NCBI GenBank assembly: GCA_030167865.1
Contig: JALAGF010006241.1
Coordinates: forward strand, 1 to 57,032
Source of the DNA: Craspedostauros australis
Taxonomy: Eukaryota
Direction of reading: 5' to 3'
DNA: 57,032 nucleotides
Made by a program: the position numbers and the translations under genes. Below are positions 10,359 to 22,164 of this stretch, in pieces. The notes beneath the pieces were generated by a model. It was not told where the DNA came from, did not search any database, and saw nothing but the letters and a program-made list of their open reading frames with translations. The number at the start of each line of letters is the position of its first letter. Within the stretch, counting starts at the first letter, position 1.

Positions 10359-12188
10359 GTTGATGGTGGGTGACCACCAGAGCGTGAAACGACGGTTCGG
10401 AATCTGCGTCAAACCGGAACGCTGGGCGTTTGTCAGTTTTTTGCTGTGGTGGGAGAAGCAATGAGAGATTGCGGAGGATGGCAAACGAGGAGGACAAGAA
10501 AAGGAGGAAGCAAGGAAGACGCAGAGGTGAGTTGAGTTGGCTGTGACAGGCGTGTTCGAAGTGCTGTGAAATATTGGCATGCGATCAAACAACAATCAGA
10601 CCAAGTGAAGCAGCAACGCAGCAATCCATCACATTTGGCGTAGCCATTGTCCACTTACAATTTCATGCTCTCCTCGAAACCAGATGCTTTCTCCCAGAAC
10701 AGACCCTCCCAAGTTGGGAAGTAGGTGCCCTTGAAGAGACTGTGCTCCAGGATGCCCTCGACTCCTCCAAGAGCCTGGATCATATCCGTACGGTAGGAGT
10801 TCAAGTTCCACAGCTTTCCGTCGTGGCGCGCATGCGTCCACCAGAATGGATTCACGCGCAGGACTTGGAACATCTTCATCTCCGTTCGCACACGCCAACC
10901 GCGGTCGTACGCGAGGGTGTGACGGTCCTTGCTGAAGAGGGTGTTGATACGTGGGATACCTCTGTCCCAGGAATCCTCAAGATCCTCCAGCGTCAGACGC
11001 CTGTTCTGAGCGTTGGCCTCCTGTCGCTTCAGAGCGTACTCGGCCCAGACACGCTGAGAGTCCACGAACTCACTTTCCCAGGACTGGATGTAACGGAACA
11101 AGTTGGGGATGAGCTGATCGGCATCGTGGCTCAATCCGGAACGGAAGTGCGTCACGCCCATGTCGGTCTGCTTGCTGTAGCGCAGGTCGCTCTGTGGGAT
11201 GAGAACGTGTCCCATCGACAGCATGCCCAGTCCTCCGAGTTCCTTCGGGCAGTAGAACACCACCGGTGGGAAACGGCTTGGCATCTTACTGTTCAGCCCG
11301 ATCTTGATTCTGGTCTGAATCTTGTTCTCGTTCTTCACCAGCAAGTCGAGCAGCTCCTGAGTGTTGAGCACGGCCTCACGGTAGTACGTCATGAGGCCAA
11401 TGACGGCAGTGTTCCATTTGTTGGCGATCTTGGTGAAGGTCGTCGCACCGCTGCTCATCAAGATTTGACGGATGCGGTTGTCGAAGGCTTGCACGGCGAT
11501 CTCTTCGACGCGCAGATGAGCCTGCGCCGTCATTTCCTTCGTGGTGTCGTTTTGGAGGTTCCACACACCGTCGCGGTAGGTGGTGGCGGCCTGATCGGCG
11601 AAGCCTGGCTGCAGCGCTCCTCTGCTGCTGGTTCGCAGCGGCTTGATGCGGATCTCGAAGCCGTTCATGTCGAAGAGCAGGTTTGGATTGTCGGCGCTGT
11701 ACACGCTGACGAAGGAGTTGTCCCAATCCAAAGTGGTGAGGCTGCGTGGCAGACGGTTCTTCATGTCCCAGAAGACGGCGCGGCCGAGGTTGACATCTCG
11801 CTTCAGCAGACGCATGCGGCAGTCACGTGGCCAGCACTTCTTGTTCCTGTACCCCACGGCGTTCTCGTTGTTGGGGTCGGGATGCTCGATGAGGTAACGC
11901 TGGATGAGGTCCTTGCCTTCGTTGGAGTCGAATTTGAACACCATGTAGACCTTGTCGAGGTAACGCGTGTACATGCGGATCGGGTGGTTAACTTCGGTCT
12001 CGACATCCGCGTAGGCGAGGTATTCGTTGGGACGCTGTGGTGGCCCGGCGATCTCGCTGGCGCGCGTGAGTCCCAACACCAGCAGATCCAGAATGAGACC
12101 GTAGTACTGCGTGAGGAAGGATGCGAACTGAAGGCCACGAACGAGACCGTAGCTGTTGGTATGCATCATGTCCTTGAAGGAGATGCTG

Positions 12189-12223
<35 letters not shown>

Positions 12224-13184
12224 GTGATCCACGATGAGGCGCAGGAGACGATTGAGCAAGGTGAAGTCGAGCTTCTCGTAGAATTTCTCGAACTTCGATT
12301 GGACGAGGACCACGCTCTCTCCGTCTTCGGCGTCCCAGACATTCTCCAGGTTGTTGATGCCCTGGCACCACTTGTACACGAGGAGCGGCGGTGGTTCGGA
12401 GTCGGCCGGCTTGACCCAGTTGGGGAAGAGGTGGCGCTTGTCGGCTTCGTACCAGAGGTACTGATCGAGGTAGGCGTCGGTGATCTTCTCGAGCGGTTCG
12501 ATGGTGTAGACGGGCGAGAGGTACTCGTACATGTCCATGAACTCGATCTCGACCTCCTTGAACGTGCGTTGCGTCAGCAAATGGCGCTTGATGCGGCTGA
12601 GTGCCTCGTGCGGGTTGTCGTAGGCCTGCTCAACCAACGCCAGCTCTTCGCGAGCCGTGCTGTTGAGACGCATCTGAAGTCCGTATCCCTCCTTGAGGCG
12701 CTCGAGCGCGAGGATGAGAAGCTTGGTGTCGTGCTTGTAGGACAGGGGCGGGAAAGGAATGGGCGTGAACTTCCTGCTCTCCAACCAGTGCACGGTGGTG
12801 GTGTAGATGGCGACGGCCTCTTCTGCCGAGACGTACGGTCCGTCCTTGAGGTAGTTGTGCTGACGCTCCTGCTCCGCCTTGAGCCAAAGTCGCGTGAGAC
12901 GGCCCAAATTCTTGCGCACGACGGTCTTGTCGACCGTACCGCCGCGCTTGATGCGCTCTCGGTTGTAGTGGGCGATGTTGGTCCACCAGTCAGCCTTGGA
13001 CTTGACGTAGCGCAGGATCATGTTCTCGATCGGCGCGGGCATGCCTGGGACCTTCCACGGGATGTTGGCCTTCCAGCAGCGGAAAGCTTCGCTGAGATGA
13101 CTCAGGATGACGCGCGACTTGTTCTGCTTGACGCCGGCGGGCATCATGTCGAGGATGTCATGCATGACAGAGGCGCGCAGCTCG

Positions 13185-13216
<32 letters not shown>

Positions 13217-15553
13217 GACGTTCTTGGCGAAGGACTTGGAGAGACGGCCCTCGAACTGACGCGCGAGGAGATTGCCCAGCCAGCGCTCGAGGAGCGGGAC
13301 GATGCCGCGCATGAAGAAGATCCAGACGCGCCAGCTTGGTGCCCAGAATCCGACGCCGGGTCCCTTTCCGACGGGCCCGGTGTTGAAGCGGTAGTAGATG
13401 AGATGCTTGAGGTCCTTGCATGTGCGGATCTGGCGCATGACACCGTACTTGTAACGGTACATGCCCGTGAGCTGACCGACGTGGTTGAATGCGTACTGCA
13501 GACCGTCGGCAAGCTGGTAGGAGTCGATGTTGGCGAGGCGGAACTGCACGTGCGCGTCGACGACGAGCTTGGTGAGACGCAAGATTTCTCGCACGAGATG
13601 GAAGGCGTTTCCGAATCGCGACTTCTTACGTTCCTTGGTCGTCAAGGTCTTGGTCGGCTTGAGGTTGAAGTTGTAGTCGAGGTGCAGGTACTTGAGCTGC
13701 TTGCGGCTGATGAGGAGGTTGAGGATGTTGTGTCCTTGGCGGCACACCTGCAGACCAGCCTCGACCCAGTCGAGTTCCGTGCGCTGGAAGAACTTGGTGC
13801 TCTTGAGGCTGCGGAACAGATCGCGCTTGGTCTTTGGCTTGTCGGGCTTGCACTTGAGCTGGTTGAGGACCCATGCCTTGAGGAGCTTCTGGTAGGAGAC
13901 GCGGACCTTGGTGGGGTAGTTGAGTTCGCGCGAGACGCGGTCGCGGTACCAGTGGCCGATCAACGGCACGTCGATGGTGCGTCGCGTCGTGCCAGATCGC
14001 ATGTTGAAGGGATGCGGCGCGGCGAGGAGGGAGATACCGGCCGACGTGTTGGGCGTCGCCAACGGGGTGTGGACCAGGAGCGGTTCGAAGGTGGCGGACG
14101 ACATGACCTCGTCATCCTCCTCCCAGTACGTGTCGTGCTCATCGAACTGCGACCAGACGTTGTCCTCCTCAAAGTCCTCATCGACGTCGCCGACGAGGGG
14201 CAGGAAGCTGTCCTCGGCGAACTCGTCGCCGGGATGGGCGGACCAGTTGTGCTTCTCGACGCGCATGATGGGGTTGAGGGAGGAGGGGAAGGTGCGCAGA
14301 CAGAAGGTGTCCTCATCGTCGTCATCCTCGTCGTCGTCGCCGCGCACGTAGTTGGACTGCACGTGGTGGTAGGGCGCCAGGTGTACCTTGCGCGGACGCG
14401 AGTTGTAGACGTGCGGGAAGGCAATGCGGTACTCCGTGCGGATGGGCTGGCGGATGATGATCTTGGAGATGTCGTTGAAGTCGTTCCAATCCTCGTCGTT
14501 CTCAACGTCACGGAAGAGGGGATCGAACTTGGGTCCTCCCGGGATGGCGAGGTTGAGGGCCTTCGCCGTGAGGAAGTGCGGCAGATCGAAGAGGTAGTGG
14601 ACGTTCCTGTCTGGGTTGTTGTTGAGGAGGGGCCCGGCGAGCTCGTGGAGCTGCGCCATGACGGGGGTGCTGAGACGCCACTCCTTGTAGCTGGGCCCGT
14701 TGAGGTGGACGTGCTGCGCCAAGGGCGTGCCGCGGTACGTCGCGATGTCGCTCAATGGCTGCGGATCGTAGAACCAATCGCGGATGAGGTCGTACTGATC
14801 ATCTTCGAGATCGAGCTGCACGGCCTCACCGGGCTCGACGTTGAGGAGATGGTCTACGTAGTCCAGCGGCGGCTCCTCGTCGTCGAAGGGCGGGAAGCGG
14901 ATGCGCTTGAAGTGGCGACGATCGCGCTTCTCGCGGCGCATCATGAGCCATGCCGTTCCCCACTGCGCGCGGTAGACGGGCTCGATGACCTTGGGCACCT
15001 CGTCCACGAAGCTGATGGCTCCCGTGATGTGGAAGAGGATGGGTACTTCCTTGTAGGACTCCCAGGGCATGGGCATGTTCTCCATGAGCTTGTAGAGGGA
15101 GTGCGGCAGGTACTTGAGCGCTCCGATGTAGAGGCGGCGCTCCGTCTGGAACCTCTTGGACGACATGTCTCCGTGATCCTGCAGGATCTTGCGCAGGAAG
15201 TCTGCCGGCATGACCTCCTTCTGCGGAGCCGAGAAGACCTGGTTCTTCGCTGGAGCGGCGTTCTCCTGCTTGACCTGGTGGTGCATCTTTCCATCGGCCG
15301 CCTTGATGGCGTCCCTGTCCAGGTCGGACATGGAGGTGGCCTCGAAGGGGACCTTGTCGGGTGGAGGAGGGATTCCACCGTAGGATGCACCGGAGTACAC
15401 CGCGCTGGGGGGCATGGACGGCGTCATGCCTGGTGGAGGCGGCGGTGGTGGCGGAGGGGCCATCCCAGGCGGCGCCATTCCCGGTGGGGCCATTCCAGGC
15501 GGTGCCATTCCAGGCGGTGCCATGCCTGGCGGTGGAGGTGGAGGAGGGACCAT
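7947..15553 (-). CDS. PRP8: Pre-mRNA-processing-splicing factor 8 (about 2463 aa; exons 15553-10659 and 10443-7947)
   Basis: Highly conserved Prp8 sequence ([104 protein letters not shown]-terminal Jab1/MPN LGWIHTQ). A 215-bp intron at 10444..10658 (TT|GTAAGT...CACAG|C) restores EESMKFKKLTNAQ. Confidence 0.98.
15415..15545 (-). repeat. Coding 15-bp repeat (GMAPP x5) flanked by poly-Pro at the PRP8 N-terminus
   Basis: Translation [42 protein letters not shown]. Confidence 0.85.
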
Positions 15554-15845
15554 CCTTCTCTCGCTGCTGTTGAGTGCCGACTACCTGAGTAGCTGAGTGG
15601 CTGAGTGGCTGATGTGGAGTATCTACTCTACAGTGAACACACTACTTCTGCTCGCACTTATAATAATAGCAATGGTCAATGACAGTCAGTCGATCCAATC
15701 ACTGCCAACGATCAACAACCTTAACTGGATGTGTTAATCGATCGGTGATCGTTTCTTCCTGTCCTTGCCTTGCCTTGCCTTGCTGGCTTTGACTTGATCG
15801 GTGATCTGTTGGTCTCGAGCAAGTTGTGGGAACAGGCAAACCAAG

Positions 15846-15876
15846 TGGATGGATGGATGGGTGGATGGATGGATGA
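15846..15876. repeat. Imperfect (TGGA)n microsatellite
   Basis: tggatggatggatgggtggatggatggatg. Confidence 0.7.
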
Positions 15877-16541
15877 TGTTGGTGGTGTTTGACGAGCTGC
15901 AAACCGCTTCTGTGGATGTACGGCTCTTTGTCTCGCGTTGATGTTCGTGTCTCAAACGCCGCTTCTTTGTTCCGAATTTGGTTGGTTGGTGCACAGTTGC
16001 TGCGCGTACGGTCAGCCCCACATCAAGCTGCTGCCCGTTTTGTTGTTGAAACGACTGTTTGAACCTCTGAACTGTCGCAGAATTGAATTCGACGCGTAAC
16101 TTGTAAGGAATCATTGTTTCTTGAATCGACCGTACGCTATACGGTCAACGCTGAGTATGACTGTTCATGTTCCCTACGGCCATTCCCATCGCTGGATCCG
16201 CCCAAACGAGTCTGTTGATTCCAATCATCCACGACCAACCATTTTCGTGGATCCAACAAAAATGATCGCTTTTTGTCGCGGCGGGAAGCATCAACCGAGA
16301 TTGCCATCCGCCTCTCTTGTGAATGATCGATGACATGTCCAACCGAACCCTGGGGAGAGTGGATGCATCCAAGAATACTCTGCCCAGGCGTCCTGAACGA
16401 ACAACATCATCGGCATCAACATCAACATCATCGACTCTGGAATAGTGTGACAGAAGCAAGTTGAACGAGACAATACAGGCAATACAGGCAATATCGGCAA
16501 TACTCGTACTCGTACAAACAACACAAACAACACAAACGACA

Positions 16542-17769
16542 ATGGCCAAACGAGATCGCAACGAAACGGAGGAGGAGCGTGCCGAACGCAAACGAGCCAA
16601 GAAGGAAGCAAAGAAGGAAGCAAAGAAAGCAAAGAAGAAGATCGCCAAGAAGGACAAGAAAGACAAGAAGAAATCAGCCTCGACGACCAGCACCAATGTC
16701 GTCCCGGCCAAGGCGCAGCCGACTCCGGCGGCGGCCATCACGCCACAGCGCAGAATGGCAAGCGACGATATCGACTCCGTCCTCGTGCACAAGAAGGTCA
16801 ACGTCGTCATCTCCTTGCTGCCGCACGCGCTCAAGAATGTGCAGCTGCATGTCGAGAATTCCATGCGGCAGTACCTCATGAAGTACTCGGATGGGATGGA
16901 CGGCGTCCTCATGGCCTACGAGAACGTCCGGACGCTCAAGAAGGATCATGCCAAAGGGACGGGATGGATACTCAACGAGCTGCCTTACATCCATTACGAT
17001 GTGGCGCTCGATGCGTGTCTCTTCTGTCCGAAGGTTGGATCCAAGGTAGGTTACGTTGACTTGGTCAATTGGATTGGATGAGATTGTCGTCATGGATGTG
17101 ACTGGTCTCTAATTGGACAATACAGATGGGAAGCAGGAGAGGAAGAAAGTCACGGAAGAGTATTGCACGCATACAAGATATGCCATCCACTGCGGCAAAG
17201 CGCCACGCAGGTTGCTGCGGCTCTCGTTCCATTCCGATCTGACGAATAACCTCTCTGCGAATTGCCATTCCCCCTTCATCCATAAACAACAATCGCGACG
17301 CCCGACGCAGATGGTCGGAACCGTCAATGAATGCTTCGCCTCCCACGTGGGAATCTTGGTGTTCGGATACTTCAATGCCATGGTGGCGGCCGAAGATTTG
17401 CGATCGTCGGGATACAATTTCAATCTCGACACGAGCCAGTGGGTTGCGGAAGGCTCGGAGAATGTTATTGAGCCGAACATCCCCGTGGAATTCATCGTCA
17501 AGCAGATTCACGAATGCAACGGGATCATGTCGCTGGAGGGGACCGATCTCACGATCCGTTTGCTCGTCGATGAGGCGATGCCCGCGTTGGCGGTCGAGAC
17601 GGCGGCGACGATAAAGAAGGAAGCGCAGCAAGAGGTTAATGTCGAGAATGATGACATTGAAGATGACATCGAAGATGATATCGGAGATGGACAGAGCGAA
17701 GATAGGCAAGACCAGGATGCTGAGGATTCCGAGGCGCAAGGCATGAGCGATGATGACGATGAAGAATGA
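16542..17769 (+). CDS. RPA43: RNA polymerase I subunit RPA43 (Rpb7-like; about 320 aa; exons 16542-17045 and 17311-17769)
   Basis: Lys-rich N-terminus, then ISLLPHAL...YLMKYSDGMDGVLMAYENV...ILNELPYIHYDV...LFCPKVGSK. An intron (AAG|GTAGGT...GCAG|ATG) leads to MVGTVNECFASHVGILVFGYFNA (S1/OB fold) and an acidic tail. Confidence 0.85.
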
Positions 17770-17876
17770 CCATCCACGAGAGTACCTATCTTTGGATTAA
17801 TTCTGATTTCTCTCTTTTGTAGTCATTCTCATCTTTTCGATCACATAACCGCAGCCCCCAGTCGCATGGAGACTCG

Positions 17877-17899
17877 CAGAGAGAGAGAGAGAGAGAGAG
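17877..17899. repeat. (AG)n microsatellite
   Basis: About 11 AG units between the convergent gene ends. Confidence 0.85.
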
Positions 17900-18127
17900 G
17901 GATTACTCGATGATGTGTTGTCTCAAAGTGTTCTCCATGAAAAGCGGCCTTCGACAAGCGACGCCTACTATGAGTTATGGCATGGTTGCATGCTGGTATG
18001 TCAGAGGTGCCAAAGCAGTATAGTACGATCACATCAATGAGTACACCGCGGCATACTCTACTTTTCCTCAATTTTGCATGGTACTCCGTACTCCATTCTT
18101 CGTCTCCTTCGAAATGCACCACAACGA

Positions 18128-21100
18128 TCACTGCGGCGACTCGTTGGCCATACTGGTGTACTTCTGCACCAGAAGCGCCTCGGACTGTTCCACTGTGGCG
18201 GGATCAAAGCCTTCGTAGCGCTCCGGTTTCTGCTCGCACAGAGACAAGTCCACGTGCTTCAAACAGCAGAGTCCCAGCACGACCTCCGGCTCCTCCTGAT
18301 TCTCATCGGCACCTGCATCGCCAGTGCTCTTGGACTTCGCACCCAACGATGGCCTGCCGTTCTTGTTCGGCGGTTGGATAACGAGGGCCAAGTCAATCGC
18401 GATGTTCTTGATGTACCGTTTCACGATGCTGGACATGCCGCGGATGGCCTTGTTGCCCATCAATTCGACAGTGACTTCCACAGTGCAGCACGAATTCTTC
18501 GCGGCGTCCGCATCGTGCTGATTGTAAATGGTGTCGACGAGACCGCGTCGGTAGATCGGAAGGACGGACGCCTTCGGGGCCATCATCCGGATGGGCAACG
18601 GCGCGGACACGATGTGAGGTACGATCTTGAGCCGTTCGCGGCGGTACTTGTTATCTCCCTTGAGGAAGCGTTTCAGCGCCCTCGTGCGGCTGTCGTCCGC
18701 AGGCGTCTCGATGAGGCTCTCATCAAAGTCTTTGACCCAATCCGGCATTTTGAAGTACACCAGGATGTTGCCCCACTGCGACATGGCATTGACGATGAAC
18801 GTGGGGACATTGCGCAGACCGTTCTGGATCAAGAATGGATGCGTGCCGGCCTCCTCTTCGGCGTCGTCGGAAAGGAAGATGTCCATTCCGCGCAACTCAA
18901 AGAAAGGCTCAAACTCCTGCTGCTGTCCCAGCTCATTCGCCTTGGCTTCCTCGGTATCGAACGTTCCGATGGAAATGCTGGAGCTTGACGCGGCGTTGCC
19001 ATCGATGCTTGGATGGGTGCTGCTGCCGCTATCCATTCGACCATACTCATGAGGAGGATCTGACGATGGCGATTCGGACCTCATCTGCTGCGCACCTATG
19101 CTGCTGCGCCTGCGTTGCTTGACATCATGCTGCGAAGGATGCTCCACTTGAGTCGCCGAGGATCTTCTCGCCTTGCGCGTCGAGAGGGTCTTCCATGGCT
19201 TGGGCCGTCTGCGACGTGAGTTTTTGAAAGGGGACGATCGCTGTTGAGTTTGGTCCGCATCCTGAAGCGCTTCGGCCGTGTACGGCTGGGTGGTGGCAGG
19301 AGCGCCTTCCATGTCACCTTGTGGAGGTGCGTCATGGCTGGATTCGCGCGTTTGCGTGGGTGGGTCGATCTCGGATGTGGGCCGACCCAGCACAACATGG
19401 TCAAAACCAGCGACGACATCCTTCGCATCGATCCGGATGCCGACAGTGAAGGCAGCCAGCATCAAGCCAATGACGGCGGACCATGGGAAATCGTTTTGGA
19501 GGATCTCGTGTCGATGCAGGATGATTTGATCGATGGAATACAAACAGCAGTGAATGATCATGATCGTCACCCAATCCACGGTTTTGCCGTCTCCGTCTTT
19601 GCCTCCAATCAGATTTAGCAAACTTCCGAAGGACAGAGCCGATCTTGTGCCCAGCAATGCTGACCGCGAGCTGTTCATGCTGTGACCCGACAAATCCCGA
19701 TCATGGTTGGACAACGACGACGGCGATGACAATTCGGACATCCCACTTTCATTGCGCGCCACATGCTTGGGCGAGGACATGGAATTCGGAGTCGCACCAT
19801 TCTTGCTCTCCATGGCGCCGTCATCGTCGTCGCCCGATGACGGAGTCCTCTTCGACCGCAGACTGCGCGCGATGGTCTTGCCGACATTCTTGGATCGCTT
19901 CTTGAGCGTCTTGGCAACCGTGGCGACGGCCTTGGCGGCCTTCTTTGGATCCTTGCGCTGCCTGCGATTGAGGCGCTGACCGTCGTCGTCGTCCAGGCTT
20001 TCGCTGTTGCCTGCCGATTCCCTCCTCGCCAGCAGCGCTTGGATGATGTGGCTGCGATGCGGAGATCGATCGGCTCTGCCCGATCTCGCTTTTCTGCCTG
20101 CCAGGGGTGGTTTGTCAGGAGTAGGCGAAGTTGCAGTGACATCTCCATTGCTGTTCGTCAGCAAAGGTGTGGCCGTATCGATCGTCAAGAGTTGACGCGA
20201 CGCCGACTGCGATGTGGGTTCTGCGTCAGCTTCGAGATGGTGCTCATCCGTCGAATCAGCTCGCCTGTGGCCAATCTTCCACGGCAAGGATTTGCTCCCA
20301 TCCTTGGAGGATCCTCGCAATGCCGCCACCATCTTCTTTGCGGTCAATTTGTTCCTGGGAGACTTAGGAGCCTTGGGCGTCCTGTTTTGCTTCGTCGTGG
20401 ATTTGAATCTGGCCATTGCTGCTGCAGCCGCTGCGGCTGGCTTGTTCTGTTTGGCGCTGGCCGGAAGTTGTTGGGCATCGGCAGTTTCATCGGCCTTGAC
20501 ATTGATCGCTGCGCCAACTTTCGATTCGGTGTGATCGAACTCGACCGCACCGAGACTGGAAAAGGATGCTCCCGCTTCATCCGCGATATTGGCGAACGAC
20601 GCATGCTGCGATTCCGAATTGTCTCTGATGTACGCATCGATGTAGGAGGGCCCGTCGTCATGCTCATCGAGGTCCATAGTGCGCGCGGAATGCGACGAGG
20701 CGGAGGCGATATCCGCCTTGCTGTGCTTCGTCCCGTCCAAGCTGTCGCTGTTCGCCTCCAAACCGACGTAGAACTCGTCTTCAAAGTCGCTGGTATGCCG
20801 CTCGGCGTCGTCAGGAGGACGGTTCCTCGCATCGCCATCGTCATCGAACGAGTCCGTGACAGCGCCATGCTCATGATTGCCATCGCTGGACCGGATACGA
20901 TCGCGAAAGGTCTTGGCGACCTTCTCTCGCACGCGGCCTCTCGTTTGCTTGGCGGCCTGCACGACGTTGGAATGAAATATGCGGCCGCGTTCCTGCGTGC
21001 GTTTGGCGGCGTTGGAGACCTTGCCGCGCAGCCGATCGGCGAATCTGCGCGGTCGGCCGTCGTTCATCAGGACCTGATCGAGGTTGTTGCTGATGCTGTC

Positions 21101-21406
21101 GTGGAAGGTATCTTCGTCGTCGTCGTCGTCGTCAAGGAGGAGGACGTCGCCCGCGCCTCTGCTGTGTATCGAGAGCGCATCCTGTGCGGCCAGTCCCTTT
21201 GCGTCATCCGCACCAATGGATGGTGGCATCTTGAGCATCGAATCCGGAGGTTGGATGGCCCCCGTGCTGTGTCTCCTGTTGTCATCCATCATGGCGTGCG
21301 GAAGGTGGCTCTTATCATCGAGCTCGCTCGCATTCATATTGTCGTTGCTGTTCGTTTCATTGTGGGGAACGCCGTCCAACGATGGAACAGATCGCGCGCC
21401 TTCCAT
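18128..21406 (-). CDS. Protein with a long disordered N-terminus, two predicted TM helices and a C-terminal EDR2_C (DUF1336)-like domain
   Basis: 1092-aa ORF. The C-terminal FELRGMDIFLSD...TFIVN...LVYF...LKRFLKGDNKYRRERLKIVPHIV...IDLALVIQ...EEPEVVLG pattern matches EDR2_C. Hydrophobic stretches: WVTIMIIHCCLYSI and WSAVIGLMLAAFTVGI. Confidence 0.75.
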   Translation of the reverse strand: MEGARSVPSLDGVPHNETNSNDNMNASELDDKSHLPHAMMDDNRRHSTGAIQPPDSMLKMPPSIGADDAKGLAAQDALSIHSRGAGDVLLLDDDDDDEDTFHDSISNNLDQVLMNDGRPRRFADRLRGKVSNAAKRTQERGRIFHSNVVQAAKQTRGRVREKVAKTFRDRIRSSDGNHEHGAVTDSFDDDGDARNRPPDDAERHTSDFEDEFYVGLEANSDSLDGTKHSKADIASASSHSARTMDLDEHDDGPSYIDAYIRDNSESQHASFANIADEAGASFSSLGAVEFDHTESKVGAAINVKADETADAQQLPASAKQNKPAAAAAAAMARFKSTTKQNRTPKAPKSPRNKLTAKKMVAALRGSSKDGSKSLPWKIGHRRADSTDEHHLEADAEPTSQSASRQLLTIDTATPLLTNSNGDVTATSPTPDKPPLAGRKARSGRADRSPHRSHIIQALLARRESAGNSESLDDDDGQRLNRRQRKDPKKAAKAVATVAKTLKKRSKNVGKTIARSLRSKRTPSSGDDDDGAMESKNGATPNSMSSPKHVARNESGMSELSSPSSLSNHDRDLSGHSMNSSRSALLGTRSALSFGSLLNLIGGKDGDGKTVDWVTIMIIHCCLYSIDQIILHRHEILQNDFPWSAVIGLMLAAFTVGIRIDAKDVVAGFDHVVLGRPTSEIDPPTQTRESSHDAPPQGDMEGAPATTQPYTAEALQDADQTQQRSSPFKNSRRRRPKPWKTLSTRKARRSSATQVEHPSQHDVKQRRRSSIGAQQMRSESPSSDPPHEYGRMDSGSSTHPSIDGNAASSSSISIGTFDTEEAKANELGQQQEFEPFFELRGMDIFLSDDAEEEAGTHPFLIQNGLRNVPTFIVNAMSQWGNILVYFKMPDWVKDFDESLIETPADDSRTRALKRFLKGDNKYRRERLKIVPHIVSAPLPIRMMAPKASVLPIYRRGLVDTIYNQHDADAAKNSCCTVEVTVELMGNKAIRGMSSIVKRYIKNIAIDLALVIQPPNKNGRPSLGAKSKSTGDAGADENQEEPEVVLGLCCLKHVDLSLCEQKPERYEGFDPATVEQSEALLVQKYTSMANESPQ

Positions 21407-22164
21407 CGTTTGCCGACCGTGCTTGCCGACGGTGTTTGGTTGCAGACAGGTTCCAGGAGAGTGTGGATCAGTGCAGATTGGAACAGACGCACTCTTTCTC
21501 TCTCAAGAGAGCGTGTCCACGAACAGAGACTCACTCTATCTCGTTCTCTATCCGTCTATCTATAATATCTATCTATCGTGCTTCGTGTTTATGATCAGAC
21601 CGAGGCGAAGGAGACGGCTTCGGTGTTTGATCTTGTTCGTGGAGCAAGACGTCACGAAGTGAGATGAGACCAACCAAGAACCTCCCTCGCGTGATGTCAC
21701 TGTGCCAAGAAAACCCCAACAACTATTTCCACAACACAAACAACGCACAGAGTCCATTCCAAGATTCTCACAAGACGACGCGCAATTCCTCCGTTCTCAA
21801 CGCAAGAAGAAGAGCGGTCAACGGTTCTTCCGCCAATGACCGGGTGCGCGACATCGAAACCATCTTCGTCATTCCGCGCCGTCTTGGTCGTGGTTTTCCA
21901 TCATTCGTGTTTGGGCGGAATGAAACACGAATAGTCGTAGACCAACCGTCCGACCTAACGATGATAGAGTCGACAAGGACCTACTCTACTCCATGGTCAT
22001 ATTACAACATAACACAACATGATATTATTATATTCAATACATTTCAATACATACCAACAGTAACTGACACGTCTGATCAGATATTATTGTTCGCATTATT
22101 ACCCTGCTGCATATTTCATATCTCATCTAATAGTTCTTCTTCTCTCCACTCGTTGTTCCATCCA

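Noticed and set aside
10444..10595. Apparent second, separate PRP8 gene starting MLFDRMP
   Set aside because: This is intronic sequence that happens to be in frame with exon 2.
10444..10700. Possible PRP8 intein or mobile insertion at the known WEKA|SGFEE site
   Set aside because: The site is uninterrupted. The break about 8 codons downstream is an ordinary 215-bp GT-AG intron with no intein or endonuclease motifs.
10574..15592. 1672-aa ORF on the + strand (also 7854..9242 and 9363..10373)
   Set aside because: It is the in-register antisense shadow of PRP8, caused by strong C/G third-position bias, and shows no protein-like motifs.
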